This document shows, piece after piece, positions 1-12,800 of a DNA stretch of 64,000 nucleotides. Under the pieces are notes generated by a model, which saw only the letters and a list, made by a program, of their open reading frames with translations, was not told the origin of the DNA and ran no database searches. Made by a program: the position numbers and the translations under genes. Numbering within the stretch: position 1 is the first letter of the stretch; each line of letters starts with the position of its first letter. This stretch comes from Paramecium tetraurelia (taxonomy: Eukaryota): positions 62,001 to 126,000 of the forward strand of contig CT868070.1 in the NCBI GenBank assembly GCA_000165425.1, written 5' to 3'.

Positions 1-572
1 AGGAGAAATCACTTTTCATAATTGATAGAAGAGTTAAGAGAGAATGGGTTGAAAACCCCTAGAGAAATAAATGAGGTTTCTCCAGAAAATTCTATTAAGG
101 CCTCTCAAGTGGAATCCAGTGAGAACGATGTGAAACCGATAAGGAAGTTTTATTTGAAGTTACCAAAACAAAAAGGGGAATTGAGTCAAACCACTTCTTG
201 TACAAAAAGTCTAAGGATTGGAACTTTGTAATCGCAGATATCACATTAATATCAATAACAACCTCTCAAGGCTTTTATCAGTAACTTGCATGGAAGCAGC
301 ACAGAAATACGATTAGATAATGGTGGGAAGTTTAAGAATAGATTGGATTCCAGAATTGATAAGTATGTAAAACAGTATTTGAAGAAGTAAAATGTTATTT
401 AACAAAATTAAAATGTTGATATGACAATATTAAGGGAAAAATATAAGGTAATAAATCGATTAAATAATTTAAGTCTTTGAAATCTGAAAGGGAGAAGGAA
501 ATTACAAGGATGTATAAAAGTTAGTAAATTGATGGAATTAATAATAAAACCGTGCATTTAATAGTAAATTGA
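1..572 (+). CDS. Hypothetical protein, 3' part (5' end outside window)
   Basis: Frame 1 open from base 1 with TAA/TAG=Gln; 26-nt intron 448-473 (GTA...AAG) extends it to TGA 570-572; unspliced stop at 478. Confidence 0.6.
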
Positions 573-601
573 TATTACTCTACTTTTATATAAATTTATT
601 C

Positions 602-1440
602 ATGAAATATTTTGTTGTTCTTTTGGCATTGGCAGCAGCATTTGAGTATGATGAACAATTGGCAAATCAACTGACAGCATTTTCCTTTGGTGCCTATTGT
701 GAAATCAATGACATCAACAATTGGAATGTGGGAGCCATAAGTCAAAAATATCCAAACCTGACCAAAGTCTAGGTGTTCGAAAACGTTGAAATGGTAGTCT
801 TGACATTTTATTTTAGAAAACAAGAGGATACATAGCATACAATTCTTAAACTTAGGCCATTACGGTAGTATTTAGAGGATCGGACAACATCAAGAATTTC
901 ATTGCAGATATTGATACCAAGAAGACAAGTTTCAACACAGCTTGTAGATGCCAAGTGCATGAGGGCTTCTTGGCAGCATACTCATCACTCAAAATCCATT
1001 TGGATGGGTTACTTGGTGAATATAGAGTGAAATATCCATATGCAAAATTCCACGTAACAGGTCATTCATTAGGAGGTGCCATGGCTACTCTATTCGCTAG
1101 TGAATTATCTTTAACTGGAGTAAAGGTGACTCTCGTTACTGTTGGAGCTCCAAGAGTTGGTGATTCTGATTTTTATGATTGGTTTTCTAAATTACCAGTG
1201 ACACACACAAGATTAACAAACAAGAAGGACATAGCTCCACATCTACCTCCTTTCAGATTTGGATTTGAGCATGTGAACAATGAGGTTTGGTACTTTGATG
1301 GATTAAATTACATTGTATGTAAAGAAGTCAAAGGTGAGGATCAATAATGTTCTGTGTCAGCAACACGAACAAATTTGAATGACCATCATGAATATTTGGG
1401 TTGGTCTGTTGAAGCTTGCAATGCTGCATAGGTGGAATGA
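602..1440 (+). CDS. Secreted class 3 lipase
   Basis: Signal peptide MKYFVVLLALAAA; VVFRGS, VHEGF, nucleophile motif TGHSLGGA, GAPRVGD, DIAPHLPP; 23-nt intron 794-816; TGA 1438-1440. Confidence 0.95.
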
Positions 1441-1671
1441 ATTACAAATTGATTTTTATCATGACATCATTACAATTCTAAAAATATACAAATTAAATTT
1501 CATCATAAAACATGTTATTTTAAATAATGTGATGTAAATTATTTATAAAAGATTTTATATACTTTCATTCTCGAGTTTTCCATATATTTAATATTATCAA
1601 AATAATTGGTATTTACAATACATAAATAGTTTGATTTGAATTATTCTATATAAATAAAATAATAAAATCTA

Positions 1672-2534
1672 ATGAGACCATCATCTGTTATTTTGGTTGT
1701 TTTGGCAGCCACAGTCAGTGCAACTTTTATCTATAATGAAGATTTGGCTAAGGAGGAAGCTGCTCTCTCCTTTGCTGCTTATTGTCCTAATTCAGCTATA
1801 ACTAATTGGAAATTGGGCTATGTGAGTGGCAACTATCCCAATATTTAAAATCCTCAAGTCTTTGAAAATATCATTTAAGTAAGAAAATAAAAACATATTA
1901 TTTTAGGGAACAAAAGGATATATCGCTTTCAATCCCACTTACAATGCCATAACAGTTGTCTTCAGAGGTTCAAGCAACATCTAAAACTGGTTGGACAACA
2001 TTCAATTCGACAAGGTTAATTATAACGAAGCCTGCAAATGCCAAGTTCACAAGGGATTCCTTGAAGCTTTCAATTCCCTGGAGCCATAACTTGACACCCT
2101 CTTTGCCAAATACAGAAAAATGTATCCAAAAGCCATCATTCACGTAACTGGTCACTCTTTGGGAGCTGCTATGGCTACTTTATATGCAACCTAATTGGCA
2201 ATTGCTGGAAATTCCCTTCAATTGACTACCTTTGGATTACCAAGAGTTGGTGACACTGCTTATTATAATTACTTCTCCTCATTTACTAAAGTGACTCATT
2301 TTAGAGTGGTTCATGAGAAGGATGTCGTGCCACATGTAATTTTAATTGGTATAAATTTAGGTTCCACCATAAAATTTTGGATTCAATCACGTTGATAGAG
2401 AGATTTGGTATCACAGAGCATCATATACTGTATGCTAATTGGATGAGGATCCCAATTGTTCAGACTCTGTCCTTATTCCATCGGTAGCTGATCATAGTTT
2501 TTACATGGGATGGAGTTCTTCGGTTGATTGCTGA
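1672..2534 (+). CDS. Secreted class 3 lipase, tandem paralog
   Basis: Signal peptide MRPSSVILVVLAATVSA; VVFRGS, VHKGF, TGHSLGAA, FGLPRVGD, DVVPHVPP; introns 1879-1906 and 2336-2360. Confidence 0.95.
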
Positions 2535-2647
2535 TATTTAAACATTAGAATACAATTAATATAATCAATATAATTAATAGGAATATCATTCTACATAAAC
2601 ATTTCATTTTGAACTAGAATTAAATATATATTTTTTATAATTTGTTC

Positions 2648-3475
2648 ATGGATTTGAATGAGGAAAACATAATACAAATATTGGGTGAGTTTTTGGTATC
2701 GGAAGGATTTCAATATTACGGCAAGATCTAAGAGATATTCTCATGTTTGTCAGATGAGGATTGTGATCATCTATTTTTTGATTTCATTTTAGGATTTCTA
2801 AAGAGCGAGCCACCTTATAAGTCATTACAATTAATACATGCTTTCTTGACAGCCATTTCTTCTCCTCAAACATACATTTGTGAATTGATCGAGCAATAAC
2901 ATTATGAAATTTTAGCGCTTCATTTGTAACTCAATAAGTTCACTGATAATCAACTCAAGTAGATTGTATACGATAAGTTAAAAGGACAGTCGAATGATTA
3001 TAAACAAATATTTTTGCTTCAACGATTGTATTTTCTTCTTGATCCTAATAAGAAAGAGAGCGCGGAATAAATTTTTACTAACAATTTAAAAATTATTCAA
3101 TAGATCTTTTCAACCATTCAGGAAGAGACCTTAGTTTAGTATCTGAAAGTTCAATCTCTGCTGGTTCCTTTTTGCAAGGAGGTGCAGTAGTAAAAGCTAA
3201 TGAAATTGTTGATTTTGATAAAGCAACAGAATCAGCAGGTTGGAATCCAATTACAATGGGCTATCTACGAGGTCTACGAATAGATGGGATGCACTATGAA
3301 TCCGCCGGAATTGGAGAGCATGGAGAACACGCAAACTAAGGTTTCCTTCCGATTGTACTATGTGAAATAGAAGTTCATGCAAAACATCAAATAATTGTCT
3401 ACTTTGATAAGGGAGGTTGAGGAGGAGCAGAGAGACAACTTTAAACTTTACACTTAATGGCAATTGCAGTTGTGA
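2648..3475 (+). CDS. Hypothetical helical protein (~275 aa)
   Basis: Uninterrupted ATG-TGA frame in ciliate code (MDLNEENIIQILGEF...WQLQL); no recognised motif. Confidence 0.75.
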
Positions 3476-3520
3476 TTTTATGTTAATTAAATTATTATAA
3501 AATGTGTGGCAATCGGGAGC

Positions 3521-5884
3521 ATGGTTTACATGTGGTTGATAAAAAAGTATAGTAAAATAAGAATTAGTAGGAATGAGTAATTTCAAATATTTAATTGTTG
3601 ATCATGACATTTCTATTCAATGAATTAATTTTTAGAATAAATATGATCATTATAGATTTTTTGTATATTCTCGGAATTTGTTGTGCAACAGTTGCTGAGT
3701 GTTTATTTGGGTTGTAAACCGACTATGAGTTGTATACTATGTTTTCATCGTTGCCGATATTGAGTTTATGGTGTCTTTTGAGAATTAAAAATAGACGGAT
3801 AAAGAATAATCAATTATATATGCTTGTACTGCTTCTAATAGCGAATACGTTAAGAACTGTTGCAAACACACATATAAGCGAAATGTATTATCCATTATTC
3901 CCAAAAGGTTGCTCTATATCATTCCGCTCTAAAATCATCAACATCCTAAAAAGGTGTTTTTATGTCTACCTTTTGCTGGAGTTATTGCAAGTGTAAAGTT
4001 GGAGTTCAGTTATGATCACACCTTAATCGCATGCTGCTTGGTAATCCTAGTGTGGTTATCGAGCAGTAGCACAACAACAGAGAAGACGGCAAAGATTTCA
4101 AAGAATCGAAGTTACTCAAAAACTTGGAACAATCCCTCGGATAGTTTGATAATAGGCCACAACGAACAATACCACTTGGTTGTCACTCATCAAGGCAAAG
4201 TGATATCGAGCAACGAAGATATTAAGAAATTATTGGGTTCCGATGATCCAATAATAGTTTAGTAGATACTTAATGAAATAATTATTCGCAAGGTAGACAA
4301 ACAGATCAAGGAAAGGAAAATGTTGAACTTATTGGAGACCATCAATTCCCAATAGCCAAAGTGCAAGATCCTGGATTGTTCTGCTGCCTTCGGTGATCAT
4401 TACATGATTGAACTCATCCATTACAATGACAATGTGGGCATGATCTTTGTTGATCTGTACGAATGCAGAGAATATTGGGAATGCAAAATAACGAAGCAGT
4501 TAATGAACCAATTATTTCGGAGTTTCAGTCATGAATTCAGTACTTCACTCAATTGCATCAGGATACTTGCTGAAAGTGCCATCGAAGACATCGATGACGA
4601 CTATGTAGTCAACAATATCCTCTCGCCCATCCTGAATAGTTGTTACATTCTCAATTCGATAGTGTAGGATGTCCGAGATTTCAGTTTGATTCTCTCTAAG
4701 AACTTCATCTTCACTATTCAGATCCAGAATGTGTATCTACTCATCAACGAAGTGGCTGACTTGTATCGACAATAATTGACTATGAAAGGAGTTGAATTGA
4801 ACATCAAGATGAATGAAATCTATATCCACACTGATGGCCAACGTTTCAAGTAAGTCTTAAACAATCTGCTCTCCAATGCTCAAAAATTCACTTTCACTGG
4901 CAATATCACCATCACTCTCACAGAACAGATCGCAAGAGATCAGGTTTATGTCAAAGTAAGTGTCTCAGATACAGGTTCAGGAATGAATTCTGATACGCAA
5001 TCCAAACTCAAAGAGTTCCTTAATTAGCCACACAAACGATAGTCCAATTTCAATTATGGGTTGGGTTTGATGATCAGTAATAGTATTTGCAATGGATTAT
5101 CCCCTAATTATGAATCTGGAATCCATTTCGAATCCAACAACCAAAATGGGTCAATCTTCTGGTTCTATTTGGAGGATCTCAAGATGCTCGAAACTCCTGA
5201 CTTAATCAGCAAAAGAACCATTAAATACAACAAGATTGTTAGTTCTGGTCGAAGTGTACTTGAATAGAGTTTTCTAATTAGTCCCAGTGATAAGAAGAGA
5301 CAATCCTCTTTCACCTTCTCTCTCAAAGGCAAACAGAAGTTAATTGAGAAGAATTCGGAAAGTAAATCCATATTATCATACCTATTACAGATTTCTCAGA
5401 ACCTGATGAAAATATTTGTGCCCCATATATTTTTAGGGAAACCAAGAAACCGAAAAAATGCAAACATTCCCCAATCGATCAAACTGCCATCGAAATACAT
5501 GAAGACAGAGTCAAGATCCTAATTGTTGACGATGAGTTTGTCAACATCTATGCACTTACGACCATGTTGTCTAGGTTGAACATTAAATGCGATCAAGCAC
5601 ACAATGGCAAAGAAGGATTAGACAAATTCAAACAGCATTCTTACTAAGTCATCCTAATGGACATTGAAATGCCCATCATGAATGGCATACAAGCCACATC
5701 ATTGATCATCGATTACTGTCACTCAGTAGATTTGGATCCTCCCATCATCATTGCCCAGACTGCCTACACTGACATGTAAACTAAATAAATGTGCAAAGAA
5801 GCTGGAATGGACTACTTCTTACAAAAACCTATTAGCACAAGTGAAATTAAATAAATTTTATAAACCATTAAGTTGTCATAATGA
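3521..5884 (+). CDS. Membrane-anchored hybrid histidine kinase (TM helices, HisKA, HATPase, receiver)
   Basis: H-box RSFSHEFSTSLN, N-box RFKQVLNNLLSNAQKFT, G1 VSDTGSGM, G2 GLGLMIS; receiver KILIVDDE...ILMDIEMPIMNG...AQTA...FLQKP; introns 3885-3907, 5362-5390. Start uncertain (3521 with 59-nt intron 3577-3635, or 3604/3643). Confidence 0.93.
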
Positions 5885-6581
5885 ACAAAAAAATACTAGT
5901 GATCACAGATATATCTCGAACTCTTCTTCTCGCTGAACGATTGGGCAAATAATTGTATTTGGATCGCAGGAGGGAATTAGACAACATTAAACCAAATGAC
6001 AAATACGAAAATTACAGTCTCATCTGGAGACCAGGAAGAGAATACTTTCTTGATTCTCTCATGATTAAACACAGAGACAAATTCGAAGTTGCAGTGTGGT
6101 CTAGTTTGGATAGAGACAAGACGGCTGCATTTGCTAAGTCCTTTTTCGGAAAACATTTCAGGAATTTGCTTTTTGTTAGCACCTGCAATCGTGAACAATA
6201 TGAAGGCACCTAAAAAGAGTATAGCACTGAGCCAATCAGAATTGACAGAGACTTATCCTTGATTAACTAGAAATTCCCTACCTATGATCTTCCAAATATA
6301 GTGATGGTGAATGTGTTTCCCAACCTCCTGGAATAACACTCTTGTATCAAATTTGTAATTATGAAGTTAATGATATCATCATACCCAAATTTGATCCACA
6401 GTATGTTGATGTGCAGAGCGATGGCTCTCTGGATTTATTGGTCAAATACCTAAATGGACTCTCAATGCTAATCAATAAACAAAGAGTTCAAGATATTAGA
6501 ACTGCAATTAGAGCAAAACCTATTGAGAATATGGACAAAAGAATGGACAATCTACGTAATAAAATGCATGAGTATTTATGA
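5881..6581 (+). CDS. FCP1/NIF-type HAD-superfamily phosphatase-like protein with degenerate active site
   Basis: ILVITDISRTLLL (cf. LVLDLDETL), IWRPGREYFL, FEVAVWSS, IDRDL; intron 6344-6366; ATG overlaps upstream TGA. Confidence 0.8.
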
Positions 6582-6606
6582 TTCAATTATTATTTATTTA
6601 TTATAA

Positions 6607-8093
6607 ATGTTTATTTTTGCATTATTCACTTTGGTTCTATCTCTAAATGAGAGTCTCATCATTTAAAGTCCATAAGGTTTAGCCAATAATACAGAGTTGC
6701 AATAAATACCCTTCATTATTGCTGATTTTAGTTATGTGCCATATGGATAGAGTATTACAGGAGTGCTTGAAGTGGCTAATCCTTATCATTTTTGTAATTC
6801 AAAATTCAATCACTCTGTTGATCGAAGTAGTGATCAATCAAATGTCAAGATTCTTCTATTAAGAAGAGGAGGATGTACTTTTGGGGAAAAGGTAATTAAT
6901 TTAAGATAATTAGACTATCTAAGCTTAATTGCTTGGATATTAAATAGTACTTATGCAAGATAATGTAGATGAGAATATAAATAAATTGGGGATACCTAGA
7001 GATCATTTATAATGAAACTGAGGAAATAAATATTTCACTATTAATGATTTCCAAAAAATAGGGGGATTTGATTAAAAAATTTATGGATGCAAACGATACT
7101 AGCAAAGATAATGTTTAAATAGTAGTAAAATTCCCAGATATACCCAAAACTGACGTTGTGAGTTACAATTATTTTTTTGAAGTAATGGGCAAATAAGAAT
7201 ATTTATTCTTATAGTAGTTTTATCCCTTTCATTTGGAAATGAAAAACCACTTAGAATTTAAACCGTACTATTCGATTCTAACTTGTTATTCATGTGAAAT
7301 GCATAATTATTCAATATAGTATAATGATTGCTTGTCTGGAGGTAGGTATTGTTAATTTTTTCTAAATGGGGTTGTTCCTATAGATGGTTCAGATTCTGTA
7401 AGAGAAACTATTAGATAGTTGTGCATATTCAAATAAGATAAATCTAAATGGTGGGAGTATGTATACAAATTCGGCAATTAATGCCTATCAAACGCATATC
7501 TCCCTTCTTGCTCATTTGATATTATGGCAAAAGTGGGTATAGATGCAGAAGAAGTAAAAGCATGCTATGTCAAAAGCTTTATCAACGGAATTGAAGATCA
7601 AGGAGAGAATCATTTACTTAATGAACAAATTGATTTTAAGAGGAAGCATTTAATTTTATGGGCTCCTTCGTTACATATCAACGACATCAGATATAAGGGA
7701 AGATTGACTTTCCACAACGAAACCAACATGATAGAAAAAGAAGATTCATCATTGTTTAATACAACCTTTTTTGGACCTTTGCAAACAATTTGTAGGGCTT
7801 TCAAAGATGAATCCCTTCCTGATATTTGTAAAGAAAAAATAGGAGGGTTGTTGAAGGCCAAATCTGGCTATCGTCTACTTTCATAGCAGCAAATTGAAAA
7901 TACTACAAATTCCAGTACTGAAGCAATAAACATTGTAATAGTGTTTGGTATGGCATTGATTATGATTTGTGCTACTTTATTATACTAGAAAATAATGAAA
8001 AAACCAGCTAAAGAAAAAAGTAATGGATAAGACAATGTATGCTCTACTCAATATTCAACAATCAATATATAGGAGAAAATTACACAAAGCTGA
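6607..8093 (+). CDS. Vacuolar sorting receptor-like protein (PA domain, thioredoxin-like domains, C-terminal TM); frame break near 6990
   Basis: Signal peptide; ADFSYVPYG, LLRRGGCTF, QDNVDE, DCLSGGRYC, RETIRQLCIF, WWEYV, TICRAF; TM before the end; intron 6892-6913; in-frame TGA 7013-7015 unless a +1 shift or a 22-nt intron is invoked. Confidence 0.85.
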
Positions 8094-8978
8094 TTTCTTT
8101 ATAAATTAATAAGCTATTAATTCAATATTTAGAATTCTCTCTATATTCTTCTCTCTAATCACTATATAACTTAGAGTAAATTACATACCTTCATCATTAT
8201 TATTTTACACTAAAAAAGTGAAAAATTACAAATCTGATATTACTCAAGTTAAAACCCATTTGTGTATAAAATCTCACTCGATAGTACTGTCATCTTCTCT
8301 CTATTCGTTAGAAAATACTCTTTAATAGGATAGAGATTTAAACAATATTTTGTCTAGGAAATACTTCTTACTTCTAATTCAGTTATAACACATAAGATAT
8401 TTATGTTTATTTTAATTCTATTTAAGATATAAACCCACAAAATCTCTAAAAGTTGATTAACCACCAATATTGTCCAAACTTCTAGATGTTTAAGTGAGGC
8501 TTCAAAATCAAGTTAAGATATTTATATTTAAAAACAAAGAATTTTAGACAGTAAGATCTAAGGACCAAAGAAAGAACCCAAATAAATTTAATTTCAAGAT
8601 ATTCTTTATAACTTTAACGGATAATTTACATGACCATTAGATTATTACTAAACCGTTAAAATTGGATATACTTTAGTATTTAAATTTTCATTTACTTTTG
8701 AATATTAAATTATATTGATCCTAATTAAGACTAACATATTTTAAATTGAAAGACCATTCAAGTGCTGCTTATACATAGCCTTAAGCGTTAGATTGATTTA
8801 TTGGACTTAGTCTATTTTATCTATTGATTAAGTTTTTTGTAAAAAAAGATAATTTTGAGTATGAAATTTGATTTAACAATGATTATGGTTTCAACAGTGG
8901 ATTTTAGACTAAAACTGTTTGAATTGGAAATGCTTTGTAACGTTCAATTTATTCATAGATATATATATTTTTAAATAA

Positions 8979-9840
8979 TCAGAACATAAACGCTTGCACC
9001 ACCTAAAAGAGGATAGATTGAATAATTACAGAATTATCTTGGACACCATAATTTCCAAACATGTTATGGCCTTTCATTTCTCTACCATTAACAAATAGTT
9101 TCATTTTTTAAGGTTCTTCTTTTGATTGTAATTCTTTTATTAATAATTCGACCTTGTCTCCTGTGTTGTAAGATAACTCCTTATCTATGTTCCATTTGGT
9201 ACTTCTTACTTTAAACTAGACTATAAAATTCAAATTTACCTTAACAATCTTGCGATCAAAACTTGAGTACAGATTCTAATCAAAAGATTACTTCTAAGGG
9301 AAGGAAACCGGATTATGCATCACAAATACTGGCAAATCATATTTCTAACCTACAGAATTCGTTTTGGATAATTATACCATGATTGTCAAAAACAATTTAC
9401 ATACTATTTTTGATTAGCTTTAAGTCAGCTGCTTACAACAGAGTTTTTGCAGTTCCTAATTTGCTATAACATGTACCTTCATCAGCTTCCAATGCGGCTC
9501 TTATAGTTGCCCAATTTTCCTTCTGTCCCTCTATTCTCGAATCTATTCTTCAAATAGACATATATACCCCAGAATTCTACTCTTTTTTATTACCATTCTT
9601 CTTTGGAGAGACGAGATTCATATTGATTTGTCTTCTTTATTCCTGTGCCAATAAATTAGTCAGGAATCAAAGTGAAGTAACTATTGTATTTTTGATTCAC
9701 ATTGAGAGGGTGAGTAATTTCGATGATTTATGAATATTGCTATTAAATCACTCTTATTTTACTTAGTAAGCCCTTTGTAATCTAGGATTAGAAGGGAGAG
9801 AAACTTCATTTTCTTAATTCTTTGTTGCACAACTACCCAT
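8979..9840 (-). CDS. Ubiquitin-domain protein, UBTD1/UBTD2 (DC-UbP) family
   Basis: N-terminal MGSC acylation motif; RVEFWDSRIEGQKENWATIRAA, KYDLPVFV; C-terminal ubiquitin-like MKLFVNGREM...VVQAFMF; several tiny introns. Confidence 0.85.
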
Positions 9841-9862
9841 TTTTATTTATTAATTAATATAA

Positions 9863-12800
9863 TCACTTTTATGAAGCATTACTGCAAAAACTAGAGTTTA
9901 AATCATCCTTAATCTACTCTTGAAGATGAGCATTCTCTTCCATTAAGGCCTTATTAGTCATAAGTAATCTCCCTATTTGTTCCTCATTCACTATCAAAAT
10001 AATCTAAATTCCTTACTTTTTATTTTTATTTATAATTATTCAATCATATCATTATTTATATTCTTATCCTTCTCTTAAATTAATTTCTTAATTACATTAT
10101 CCATTTCTAAAATCTCATTCTAATGCTCTACATTCAGCCCTTCTGCCCTACTAATTTAATCCATCAGTTTTTATATCTGTCCCTAACTCTCTTTTTTCAC
10201 CTACACTAATTCATTTAGTTTATTCTACTCCCATTGCTTTTAATCATTCATTATTTTCTCTATCTCCTACTTATACTCTCCATTCTCCTGTTAAAGCAAT
10301 TTAAGTTAATTTTATTGGTCCTCAAGTTGTATGTTCAATTTATCTAATTGAATCTAGAATGATTATTCTTGTTTCTAAATAATCTATGCATTAACATGCT
10401 GCTGTTGCTCTAAAGTTGATTCTAACTGCTGATTTATTTATATTAAACTATTATTTTATGTTTGAATTTTCATAACATTCTGCTACATTTAATTGCACTT
10501 GCTCTCTAATAATGCATTTTATTCACTTTAATTAGTGAGAGTTTACTTTTGCTCTTCAACCTACTCAAATGATCTTTAAAAATCCTAATTTAATTCAGTA
10601 ATCTTCTGTAATTACGTTTGATTTACATTTTATAATTATTTTATTTCATTCTCTAAAGCTATACTTATTGCTTATTTATCCTTTAACTATTGTTCTAATT
10701 CATTATTTAATTATAAATTTTAATAGAGCTTCTATTTTAACTCATGAATTTCTATATCTTTAGCTTCTATTTATTTTTACTTCTATTTTAATTCTACCTA
10801 AAATTCTTCTTATTAAACTGGCAATAATTATTCAGCCTAGTTTGATTACAACTTGCTTATATTTTAATCGCTCTCTTTCTTTTATTCTACACTTCCTGAT
10901 TCAATAAGTGTTAGCCTCTTAATTTCGACTTGTTAACATTCTATGACTTATTGCTGTTAATGTATTAATTATCCTTATTCTATTTATTATTGTTACAACT
11001 TTAACTTATCTTAATTTACTTAATCTAAGATAAACTACTCATTTTTTAATTATTCCATTAACTAATTTTAGGAATCTAGTTCTTCATTTTACTAATTTTT
11101 AGTGAAAGTTTCATCACTCTTATTAGAATCTTTGATTTAGCATAATTCTTCTTTTTCTTTAATCAGATTTTGAATTTATACCTCAAAATGTTTAATTTGT
11201 TCTTCTAGATCAAGTGTGTGATTCTTGAAATTTAATAATTATAAATTTTAATCATTAATTATTATTTATAAATTGCCTATTGTTTGATTAAGTTCAATAT
11301 ATTTACATTCATGATTAATTTGATCTTGTTATTTCAAACTTTCTTGATTTTGACTTTGTAACTTCTGCTATTTTTTTAATTTTTCTATTTCTTCACTTAA
11401 TTAGCTGTTGTCTCTTTCAATCTAACTATTGTTTTGCAGTAGTTCGTTGTTCACTACTTATTGTTGTTTTAGTTAATTGCTTAAAATGACACAATTTTAT
11501 TCTAATTTTGATATTTCATCCAGTTTGAGTTCTCTAACTTCTTCTAATTGCTATTCATACTACTTTTAGATATTATTTAATTCTATATTCTTCTCCTAAA
11601 TTTCTTATTAGAATTTATATTAAATTTATAGTATCTCATCCTCTAATTTCTTGATTTAATTTTAATCCTAATTTTACACCTTTCTTGGACTACCATAAGT
11701 TGGCAATTTTCCATAGGCTTTTTCAAAATCATTATTTGATTGTTACAACTTTCTGTTCTCTCTTGTTAAGTGATCAATCTATTTTTATAATGGATCCATT
11801 TGTTACAAGAAAGTCAAATTTTGTTTGACTTCCATTTAATTTTATTATTATAATTAATTGATTGTTTCCTTTTAACTTACTCCTTATTTAGATAACTAAT
11901 TCACTCTATCTTATAATTCCAAATTTAAAGCCTCCATTTCCCTTAATCTAAGCTAAGCATCTTAGCTCTGTTGATTTAAATTTGTATTATTCGAAATTAG
12001 TTCTAATATCTATTTTTATTGTTGTTATAATTTTATTGAGTCAAACTATGATCCAGTCTAATTGTTTTTTAGGCTATCCAACTCTTGTCTTAATTCATTA
12101 ATAGTATTTAGTTTAGATTGTACTTAATTGTTTAAATCTTTTACTTATATTTCTAATTAAGTGTTTTGTTCTGATGCTTTCTTTAAATCTGCTTCTTAAT
12201 TTATAGTTCTTTATTATAATTCCTCTAATTTAGTCTAATTAGATCCCATTTATAAATCATCTATTTTCTACTTCTCATCTAATTGCTATAATTGAGTGAT
12301 CACTTGTTTTTAATCCTGATTTTATTGATTTAAATTCTTTAATTAAAGGGATAAAATCTGCTATTGATTTTCTAATTAACTGATAAGGATGGTTTGTTAA
12401 TGTACTTCTTCCAACAAAGTTTACCTTTGCATTTATTGTTTTTAATTTTCTATTTAATAGAGGTTCTCCTTTTAGATTAGATTTTACTAAGATTATTCAT
12501 ATAGGTTTTGAATATTATGATAATTCTTTTATATTATCTCTTATAACTTTTAATATTTATTTATAGTCCTTAAGAGATTGTTTTCCAGGTTGTCAATCTT
12601 GTTTGATAATATTGATTTAATTTATGTAGTATTCTCCTCTGTAAATAGGAGTATTTGATAGTTGATATTAGAAAATGTTTGATCGAAAATAGAAGTAGAT
12701 GTTTATTCTGAACTCATCAATTCTATGTGTTGGATTGGGTCCTCTTTATTAGATGAAATTTACAAATCATTTTTAATAGTATGATGAATTTAAATTTAAT

